Shown in pieces: positions 9,720-17,269 of a stretch of DNA of 64,000 nucleotides; position 1 is the first letter of the stretch, and the number at the start of each line of letters is the position of its first letter. This stretch comes from Bacteroidota bacterium (lineage in GTDB: Bacteria; Bacteroidota; Rhodothermia; Rhodothermales; JAHQVL01): assembly GCA_039111535.1 (NCBI GenBank), contig JBCCIM010000003.1:4974-68973 (forward strand), given 5' to 3'. A model generated the notes under the pieces. It was given only the letters and a program-made list of their open reading frames with translations, was not told the origin of the DNA and did not search any database. A program made the translations under genes and the position numbers.

Positions 9720-9784
9720 CTCCTCACTCCAAAAACTCCTCACTCCAAAAACTCCTCACTCCAAACTCCTCACTCCAAACTCCA
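9720..9784. repeat. Tandem repeat of CTCCTCACTCCAAA(AA), 4 units
   Basis: Direct reading gives ctcctcactccaaaaa x2 followed by ctcctcactccaaa x2. A degenerate copy (cacactccaaacgcctcactc) lies at about 9590-9612. The same motif recurs at 21984..22137. Confidence 0.9.
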
Positions 9785-10334
9785 TAAAATAAACAAACGC
9801 GCACTGCTCAAAACTTTACTGACTCCTTTGCCCCCCGATAAAAGATGTCAGTATTGTCTTACGCTGTGCGCGTCTGTCATTTTCGGTTTCAAGATACTGC
9901 AGGCATCAGCCGGTACATAGCGCTTCTCGCCAATAAAAATTCCTGCAGGTGCGCCGATTCGAGTGCGCCGGCCCAAATCCCACCTTACAGGCAGTTTTGA
10001 GTCTAATTTCCACCAGAAAAAAATCGGATGTGCCTGTCTACTTTTACAACAACTCAAAAAAATATGTATGCATGTCTTGACCGCACATATATCACACATT
10101 ATATTATGTCTATCATATGAGCAGATAGAATCGTTCCAACTCTTTCACAGGTCTCGCGCATACTGCCTGCTCTACGTTCGTTAATACCTTTGCACCGCTG
10201 CGTCAGAAAATCAGCATACCTGTTCTGGTTGGTCACACAGACGACTTCTACCCGAACCGTGGTTTTCTTAAATATCGTTTTCCGCTAATGCTGTGCGCGG
10301 TCCCCAATTGATCACCCTTTGACAGGAGCAACCC

Positions 10335-11045
10335 ATGAAGGAAACCGTCTTGCATCGTCGTATAGTTCTGCCGGCTGACCAGTTGAAACAGGAAATGGCG
10401 GCACAACACCATGCAAAGACGGACACCCATGCCTATTTCATTGTACTGGGTATGCGCGCCGGCGATTTGGGCTACCGCCAGGTGATCCATGAAGTCTCCA
10501 AGCTCGGTGAAGTGGCCCATTTTAATGACGGGTTGCTCTACCTGACCACCACCCTATCCATCGACGAGGTGTTCAAGCGCGTCAACAAGAGCATTGTTGA
10601 CCCCGGTATTCCCAGCGACGTTGGCCTCCTGATACTCGACCCGAGCCAGGAGCAAGCCAAATGGTACCTGAATCGCGACATATCGCAAGTCCTCGTTGAA
10701 AACTGGCACAACAAATCCAACCTGTTTGTCTGCCATGACAATGGCGCAAACAAAGACCTCGTCTATAACATCAATGCACTGGGTGAAGCGATTCCGCTTA
10801 GCGAACATATCTGGTACGTGAGCACTTCGTACCAACCGCGTGAGGCCTACCAGATTTTAACGGCGGATAATCACGCAGACGAACGCGTCACCGTTTTTGA
10901 TGCTTCGGGACGTGCATGCTCATGGCAGTCAGACAGTAATCGCATTACCATTCAGCTCGAACACGAAACGCCTGACCTCCCACAGCGCGCCACCATTCAC
11001 CAGCCCAAAAGCTGGCAAGCCTCTATGCTCGCTTCATTTCTATAA
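10335..11045 (+). CDS. Hypothetical protein with an apparent internal duplication
   Basis: 236-aa ORF. Two ~90-aa halves show a similar hydrophobic-strand / helix / strand pattern (..YFIVLGM...LLYLTTTLSIDEVFKRV.. and ..LFVCHDN...IWYVSTSYQPREAYQIL..). No family recognised. Confidence 0.5.
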   Translation: MKETVLHRRIVLPADQLKQEMAAQHHAKTDTHAYFIVLGMRAGDLGYRQVIHEVSKLGEVAHFNDGLLYLTTTLSIDEVFKRVNKSIVDPGIPSDVGLLILDPSQEQAKWYLNRDISQVLVENWHNKSNLFVCHDNGANKDLVYNINALGEAIPLSEHIWYVSTSYQPREAYQILTADNHADERVTVFDASGRACSWQSDSNRITIQLEHETPDLPQRATIHQPKSWQASMLASFL

Positions 11046-11221
11046 TAAATTGCAGTGAGTTGTGTAGCCGATGGTAGAATTTGCCCTTCTGATTCCAGAT
11101 ATTGTTAATCTGCGCCTGCACCCACCCATCTGACCTTGTTCGGAATTGGCAGGAGGCAGCTAAAATCTCGGACCCACCCCATCTGGAAGTTCACAGTAAT
11201 ATCTGTATAGAGGTAAATTTA

Positions 11222-12058
11222 ATGCGCTGGAAATCAGGCCGACGCAGCAGCAACGTAGAAGACCGACGCGGTGGCCGTGCCCCTATGGGCCGCGGCGTCA
11301 AAATTGGTGGCGGTGCAGCCATCATTGCGTTGCTACTCACCTTACTACTCGGACAGGATCCTACTGGCATTCTGCAACAAATGAGCGAGCCGCAAACGCA
11401 GTCTGTGCCTAACCAGGCCAATGCTGCGCAAGACGAAGCAGCAGACTTCGTTTCAGTTGTCCTGGCTGATACCGAAGACACCTGGAAAGGATTGTTTGCA
11501 GCAGCCGGCTCTCGCTATATCAATCCAAAACTTGTTCTTTTTTCTGATGCCGTGAATTCCGCCTGTGGCTATAACACAGCGGCTACCGGTCCTTTTTACT
11601 GCCCCGGTGATCAGAAAATTTACCTCGACCTGAGCTTTCTCCGAGAGCTCCAACGGTTTGGCGCCCATGGAGATTTTGCCGTTGCTTATGTAATTGCACA
11701 CGAAGTAGGGCATCACATCCAGCGCATTGTAGGTACCGAGCAACAGGTTCGACAAACACAACGCCGTGTCAGCAAGCAGCAGTCAAACCAACTCTCGGTA
11801 GCCATGGAATTGCAGGCGGATTGCTATGCCGGCGTGTGGGCCCATCATGCGCACAAACAACGCCAGATCCTTGAGCAGGGAGACGTCGAAGAAGGCCTGA
11901 ACGCTGCAGCATCTGTCGGTGACGACCGGATGCAACGCATGGCTGGGCAACGTATTCAGCCGGAAGCTTTCACCCACGGCTCCTCCGAACAACGGGCACG
12001 CTGGTTCAGACGTGGGCTCGAAACGGGAGATACTAACCAATGTGACACGTTTTCCTAG
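11222..12058 (+). CDS. ypfJ: YpfJ family neutral zinc metallopeptidase
   Basis: The internal ATG at 11222 gives MRWKSGRRSSNVEDRRGG, the characteristic YpfJ N-terminus. It is followed by a TM helix, then HExxH (IAHEVGHHIQ) and ELQADCYAGVW. Confidence 0.8.
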   Translation: MRWKSGRRSSNVEDRRGGRAPMGRGVKIGGGAAIIALLLTLLLGQDPTGILQQMSEPQTQSVPNQANAAQDEAADFVSVVLADTEDTWKGLFAAAGSRYINPKLVLFSDAVNSACGYNTAATGPFYCPGDQKIYLDLSFLRELQRFGAHGDFAVAYVIAHEVGHHIQRIVGTEQQVRQTQRRVSKQQSNQLSVAMELQADCYAGVWAHHAHKQRQILEQGDVEEGLNAAASVGDDRMQRMAGQRIQPEAFTHGSSEQRARWFRRGLETGDTNQCDTFS

Positions 12059-12081
12059 CGAGGCTAACGGATTCAGGAATT

Positions 12082-12118
12082 AAAAAAGCCGACTCCCCTT
12101 AAGGGGGTCGGCTTTTTT
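12082..12118. terminator. Bidirectional rho-independent terminator between convergent genes
   Basis: AAAAAA-GCCGACTCCCC-ttaa-GGGGGTCGGC-TTTTTT. The stem has a 1-nt bulge, with an A-run on one side and a T-run on the other. Confidence 0.75.
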
Positions 12119-12183
12119 ATAAATCAACAGCTATCCTGCTGGGAATGCGCAAGCGCAACTTGCTTCATCGGCAGGATAAATCA

Positions 12184-13257
12184 CTACCCCTCAGCGTTGA
12201 AGTAGCTGGGGGCGTCAACTTTCTTATACTTCGAAGGGACCGTAAATCTGCTCGGATCATCCCCAACAGTTTTGATCATCAGGTAAACAGTTTCCGTTTC
12301 AGTGAGAATCGACTGTTTTGTGATTTCTTCTGACTGATCAGGCTGCTCCTCTTCGCCGCCCAGGTTTAGGCCCTGGTTTTTGAGTGCATTTTTAGCCAGC
12401 CGGCCAAGTCCACCCCGCCGTTTCTTTTTCTTGGCTTCCTTCTGGTTAAAAATAGCATCCAGATCAAGCTCCTGATCTTCCGGCCCAAGCACAATGTAGG
12501 TCACTGTTTTGAGTGGTGCTCCTTCGAGCTTTTCCATCTCTTCAGCCAATTGCTCCATGGCCGGCCCCATGCGTCCGTCGCTCATAAACGCCTGCTGCAT
12601 GCCTGCCATCCGGCCCATATTTGCGCCGCTAAACGCCTGACCAACAGACGCTGTGTAGTTTTTGCCAAATGCCTCAACAACGTCATATCCAGGAACGTCT
12701 TTGCTAATCCACATTTCCGAAACGGTGTAAAATTTCCCGGCAGCTGTCTCCGTATTCCCGGCGTCATTTGTTGTTTCTGCGGTATATGTCAACTCCATGA
12801 TCATAAGCTTTTTGCTTGTGCTGAAGCCGGCAACATCACCACCATTACCCTGATCCTCGACCTTAACGCTGAACTCCATGGCTGCTGGATCATAACCAGC
12901 CTCCCCCATCTCCTGCTCAGCGTCTGCGGAAGCTGTAGAAAACATGTTTGCCATTTCGTCAAAACCCATTTCGAAATAGGTTTTTTTCTTATGGTCCATC
13001 GTTTTAAAATTGCCATCCACCGCGCTTAATATCGTAGAAGTGCGTTTGCCTTCTTTAGTAAGCATATACTTGTCATTGACGTATACCTCGCTTACTTGTG
13101 GCTTATTGCCAATCATGTTGCCCATTGCGCCGAGCATATGCATTTTCATGCGCGTTTCAGTTTTATAGTGCACCGTCTGCGAAAAGGCGGTGCCGGCAAA
13201 AGACAACATGCAAAAAACCAGCAAGCACGTTGTTTTTGTATTGATCCAGTTGTTCAT
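12184..13257 (-). CDS. Hypothetical secreted protein
   Basis: 357-aa ORF with a signal peptide (TCLLVFCMLSFAGTAFSQ). It is Met-rich and has a basic KEAKKKKRRGG stretch. No family recognised. Confidence 0.6.
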   Translation of the reverse strand: MNNWINTKTTCLLVFCMLSFAGTAFSQTVHYKTETRMKMHMLGAMGNMIGNKPQVSEVYVNDKYMLTKEGKRTSTILSAVDGNFKTMDHKKKTYFEMGFDEMANMFSTASADAEQEMGEAGYDPAAMEFSVKVEDQGNGGDVAGFSTSKKLMIMELTYTAETTNDAGNTETAAGKFYTVSEMWISKDVPGYDVVEAFGKNYTASVGQAFSGANMGRMAGMQQAFMSDGRMGPAMEQLAEEMEKLEGAPLKTVTYIVLGPEDQELDLDAIFNQKEAKKKKRRGGLGRLAKNALKNQGLNLGGEEEQPDQSEEITKQSILTETETVYLMIKTVGDDPSRFTVPSKYKKVDAPSYFNAEG

Positions 13258-13288
13258 AACCTAGGAGTGAGTAATTGGAATGTTGCTT

Positions 13289-13945
13289 TTAACTGTTCGT
13301 GACGGCACGGCGGGTCATGTGAATCAGGTAGTGATTCCATAAAATGCAGGCCGCCACCGAGCGCCATGGTTGCCACGCGCTGGCAATCGTTGCCAGGTCA
13401 TCAGCTGTTGCAGTGACAGGTAGCTGTTTGACTTGTCGGATGGATTTGACCAATGCCAGATCGCCACCTGGCCAGACATCAAGCCGCCCCAGTGCCATCA
13501 AAAGGTATATGTCTGCTGTCCAGCGACCTATCCCCTTTAATTGCGTAAGATTTGCACGAATTGCGTCATCATGTTGCAAAGAAAGCGTTTCAAGAGACAA
13601 TGTACCACGAAGCAATGACTCTGACAACCCACGGACATAACGCGTTTTTTGCCGGCTAAAGCCTATCTCTTTTAAGGCATCATCACTGAGGTCGAGAAAA
13701 GCTGTCGGGGAAAAATCAGATAACGCTGCCTGCAACCGATCGAAGGCAGCCTGTGCTGACGCCAGCGACACTTGCTGTTCCAGTATAATGTGTACCAACG
13801 TAGCAAACCCGGGCTTGCGGCGCCACATCGGAGGTGTACCATCGCGGGCCACCAGCCTGGCCAGGTCTGCATCTCGTTTTACCAGCGTCTCTACACCAGT
13901 CTGAAAATCAGCATCATTTCGAGCAGTAGGGTCACTCAGCATCAC
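13289..13945 (-). CDS. alkA: DNA-3-methyladenine glycosylase II family (HhH-GPD, AlkA-like)
   Basis: FATLVHIILEQQVSLASAQAAFDRL, the LTQLKGIGRWTADIYLLMALGRLDVWPGGDLAL hairpin-helix-hairpin/GPD region and the WQPWRSVAACILW tail are typical of this family. Confidence 0.75.
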   Translation of the reverse strand: MMLSDPTARNDADFQTGVETLVKRDADLARLVARDGTPPMWRRKPGFATLVHIILEQQVSLASAQAAFDRLQAALSDFSPTAFLDLSDDALKEIGFSRQKTRYVRGLSESLLRGTLSLETLSLQHDDAIRANLTQLKGIGRWTADIYLLMALGRLDVWPGGDLALVKSIRQVKQLPVTATADDLATIASAWQPWRSVAACILWNHYLIHMTRRAVTNS

Positions 13946-14372
13946 CAGACAACCGTCCTAGTTTCAATTCAGAAAGGTCTGCCTGTACCACGGACACCAG
14001 CATCTTCGCGTTGTTACGCTCGCTGCGCCCCACCTGAAGCACCAGCTTTTCGTCGCGCGCACCATGTACTTTTTCGAAAGCTGTAAGGCTGTTGGCAAAT
14101 GCCGTAATTTTGCAAGAAAACAGGTTCGATTTGACTGTCAATTCGCGCAACAGCTGCAGCTCAAATACGTGCCGAATGATTTCGGATGTTTTCGCCGAAT
14201 GCGAGTCTGCCCCTACCACAACTTGTACTCCCGGATTGCTGTTCAATTTGTACTCCAGCCCCAGTTTCTGATTGCTGTAGGTAAGCAACCCACGTATTTG
14301 ATAGACGCCATTTGTAAAATCCTGCATATTGGGCGACATGACAAACGATACAGAATCTGCAAATCCTAACAT
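13932..14372 (-). CDS. Hypothetical protein; its 3' end overlaps the alkA-like start by 14 nt
   Basis: 146-aa ORF on the same strand as, and overlapping, the downstream glycosylase gene. No family recognised. Confidence 0.45.
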   Translation of the reverse strand: MLGFADSVSFVMSPNMQDFTNGVYQIRGLLTYSNQKLGLEYKLNSNPGVQVVVGADSHSAKTSEIIRHVFELQLLRELTVKSNLFSCKITAFANSLTAFEKVHGARDEKLVLQVGRSERNNAKMLVSVVQADLSELKLGRLSGDAE

Positions 14373-14510
14373 AAAAAACTGCCTCTATTACAAACGCGCG
14401 TGCTATATTCAACAATCACCAGACCAACCAGTTGCCTCTATCATAAAAGAACGCAGATTAACGCAGTGACGTCAGAAGATAAACAAACATTTCCAGATGG
14501 ACCGACTGGT

Positions 14511-14864
14511 ATGGACATTCATCCTTATTTGAAACGCTGGACAGACCTGGAATCGTTGTACTGCAAACACATTGACGAGGACCAATGGCAGTTTACCTTT
14601 GCGAACGGAGCACAGATCACATGCGATGTTGTTTCATTCCATGGCACAGGCACCATTGAAGACCTTATCAAAGAACGCGTAACCCGGCGTAAAGGCTGGG
14701 CTATTACCCTGACGTTTGACCGAGACGAAGAAACGTTCTCTGCCCACCTCGACACGCCACAACAATACGGTATTACCGGACAGACCTCGCTCAATCCCAG
14801 CATAGCACTGCTTAGTGCCTACCTACGGGCGTTGCAATTCCCTCCCGGCACTTCGCAGAAATAG
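14511..14864 (+). CDS. Hypothetical protein, paralog 1 of a tandem pair
   Basis: The start is set at the internal ATG at 14511 (MDIHPYLKRWTDLESLYCKH...). It shares N- and C-terminal motifs with the next gene. Confidence 0.5.
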   Translation: MDIHPYLKRWTDLESLYCKHIDEDQWQFTFANGAQITCDVVSFHGTGTIEDLIKERVTRRKGWAITLTFDRDEETFSAHLDTPQQYGITGQTSLNPSIALLSAYLRALQFPPGTSQK

Positions 14865-14940
14865 CCGACTTAAGTTTGAGGGCGTGTGGGCGTTACCCTA
14901 AGCTCCACTCTCCAGATCTCCCCACAACCTTCTGGTTTGT

Positions 14941-15597
14941 ATGCCCATTGTATCGTTGCTAAAAGAATGGTCAGACATTGAACCTGACCGATGCAGCCAT
15001 GTAGGCGATATGTTTGCCATTCGCGGCTGGACGCTAACCCAGGAAACTGACATTGCCGACCGACTGGTCAATGCAGAAATACAGTGTGCCGTTCAGGAAT
15101 CGATTGAGGCACATGGCTGGCATTGGGTTGTTGGCCGTATTGCCATTGAAAAAGGAGTATACTACAAAGGACGAATTTCCATTCAACCACTCGCTGAGCA
15201 AACAGAGCAGCAAGCGCCAGTCGAGCAACCAAATCCTGAAAAACCGTTAGCGCAAGCCGCATCACCCAGGCTTAACACCTATCTTTCTACCCATTCACCA
15301 ACCCATGTGCTGCTGCAAGCTTATGTTGATGCACTCAAGGTAATGCAAACTGCAAAGCCTGGTGATGAAGAGGCCATTCACGGCGAAATAATAAAAAAGC
15401 CCTCCGCTACAGAACCAGAACCGGCAGAAGACGGAGCTATCCCGATATCTGTATCAGCAACCCCAGAAACTGAGGCCGTCAATGCTGAGGATGGCACTAC
15501 CAGTGAGGCAGTGCAGCAAATAGATCAAAGCACAGCTGAGGTTGACGAAGAGGAAGAAGAGATTGCAGAAGGAGAATTGGTGACAGCTTCATCCTGA
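14941..15597 (+). CDS. Hypothetical protein, paralog 2, with an acidic/Pro-rich low-complexity tail
   Basis: MPIVSLLKEWSDIEPDRCSH... and ...THVLLQAYVDALKV parallel paralog 1 (LKRWTDLESLYCKH, ALLSAYLRALQ). The C-terminal 90 aa are E/P/A-rich (..VDEEEEEIAEGELV). Confidence 0.55.
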   Translation: MPIVSLLKEWSDIEPDRCSHVGDMFAIRGWTLTQETDIADRLVNAEIQCAVQESIEAHGWHWVVGRIAIEKGVYYKGRISIQPLAEQTEQQAPVEQPNPEKPLAQAASPRLNTYLSTHSPTHVLLQAYVDALKVMQTAKPGDEEAIHGEIIKKPSATEPEPAEDGAIPISVSATPETEAVNAEDGTTSEAVQQIDQSTAEVDEEEEEIAEGELVTASS

Positions 15598-15751
15598 AGC
15601 AGTCTCGCCGGCGCAATAAAGCAGTTCTAAAATCACCGCATAAGTTACATTATCCTATTGTTACCCAAACATTTTTTTACTACAATGAATGCATCACTTG
15701 CGTGTGATTCACTTCGGTTGGCTGCTCCCCTTCAAGCAAAACGGATACTCA

Positions 15752-16003
15752 ATGGAAAGTCAAAAAACTGGGGTCTGGAGCATTTGGGTAAAAGATCAAG
15801 GCGGTGACTTACATGTAGTTGGACTTGTGTGCGAAGAAAAAGTGGTGATGGACTACATGGAATTTCTGGAATGCGCCCCCGAATGTGACCGGGTATATTG
15901 GAGCGCGGATGTTGAGCAAGTCGAAAATAGTGTACAGGGTGAACGGGAAGAACTCCGCCTCTATGTCGTCACCAAATTTACTGGTCCCATCTACATGAAC
16001 TGA
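15752..16003 (+). CDS. Small hypothetical protein
   Basis: ORF 15689..16003. The internal ATG at 15752 (MESQKTGVWSIWV...) is preferred. No family recognised. Confidence 0.4.
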   Translation: MESQKTGVWSIWVKDQGGDLHVVGLVCEEKVVMDYMEFLECAPECDRVYWSADVEQVENSVQGEREELRLYVVTKFTGPIYMN

Positions 16004-16026
16004 CGCCGGGTAGTGTCTTTTATCCT

Positions 16027-16890
16027 CTAAAATTCCCGTACCCGAAGTTCTGCTTCATACTTGGCGCCCAGGTTTGTATTGGAAAACAACAACGCGTTGC
16101 TGTTAAATACAAAATCCCTGTTGCTAAACACATCTGTAAGATATGGCGGTCTGTAGTGTGGATACCGTAAAGCACGCGATGGCTCCCGACGCATAAAAAT
16201 CATCGTATTCACGCCTACAACTTCGTCTGTATCTACACCAGAGAATACGATATTTTCAAGCGCCTGACCGGTGGTTAGCGGCTTCGCTATAGGCCCCACA
16301 GATTCTTGCATGGCCTGGTGGAGTTCATCGATAAATGCCGTTGTCTCGAGATCTGGCTCTTTTCGCCCTTCTACAGCACGCGCTACCGCATTATTCAATG
16401 CTTCTCTGACTTCCTCAATCCTGTTTCTAATAATCGCCCACGGCGTACGATCAGACTCAAGGGCAATAACCACTACGCCTACAACTTCGGAATTGGAAAC
16501 ATCATCAAAACGCAGAGATCCCATGCCTACCGGGATGTTGCGTTGTTGTCCGGCTTTCAAGTGGCCGGCCCACTCATCATCTTCAAATGTATTGACCGTA
16601 ATCTCTGTGGTGCCAGAGGTGCCAAACGTACTCTGAAACCCAAACATGATGATATACGGCTCATCCCCGTCACTGATAGGCACGCCCAGCAAAGAACGGT
16701 CTTCCTGTGCATCCAGAACTTTCAATCGCGTTAAAGCAATCTCCCAGCTTTTGCTTGCACCGCCTACTAGCCGCGGGGTGAAATTGCCAGAAGTCAAGCC
16801 ACCACTACAACCTTGAAACAGACACACCACAACTGCTAACATCAGGATGGATGCGTTTTTTCTAACTGGGATCATCTTCTTTTCAGCCAT
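16027..16890 (-). CDS. Hypothetical lipoprotein
   Basis: The internal ATG at 16890 gives MAEKKMIPVRKNASILMLAVVVCLFQGCSG, which is a signal peptide plus a lipobox Cys. The ORF-track start at 17007 adds a non-signal extension. Confidence 0.6.
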   Translation of the reverse strand: MAEKKMIPVRKNASILMLAVVVCLFQGCSGGLTSGNFTPRLVGGASKSWEIALTRLKVLDAQEDRSLLGVPISDGDEPYIIMFGFQSTFGTSGTTEITVNTFEDDEWAGHLKAGQQRNIPVGMGSLRFDDVSNSEVVGVVVIALESDRTPWAIIRNRIEEVREALNNAVARAVEGRKEPDLETTAFIDELHQAMQESVGPIAKPLTTGQALENIVFSGVDTDEVVGVNTMIFMRREPSRALRYPHYRPPYLTDVFSNRDFVFNSNALLFSNTNLGAKYEAELRVREF

Positions 16891-17269
16891 AAGTTTGGGA
16901 GGCTCCGCACGGCAAAAAGGGATATACGGAACGCATTCCTGCAGGGTACAGGCCGTAAACTTAATAAATATAACATTTAATGCACAATCGTGCCCACCCA
17001 ATTTCACGCATTATTAGGTGTTTTGAAACATACTCAATGCCTTAAATAACGTGATTTTGCTAAAGGGGAGAACACAGGCAGGCTAATCGTCCTGTAGCTG
17101 AGGCAGGTAGTAAGATGATGAAGTGCTTTGAAAATGCGTTTTCGATCAACTTGCAAGCAGATCTTTTCGACCTGAATTTAGTCATAGAGACAACACCAGG
17201 GGTAAAAGATATACAGCTTACCCATCACGGGTGTGTTATTAATAACAGGTTGGCTTTACGCGTCGCAGC

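Noticed and set aside
9848-10099. 83-aa minus-strand ORF, and a 52-aa + strand ORF running through the tandem repeat (about 9636..9794)
   Set aside because: There is no signal, motif or plausible translation context. The + strand ORF is mostly repeat-encoded (LLTPK...). It is treated as non-coding, and the region is flagged as a gap instead.
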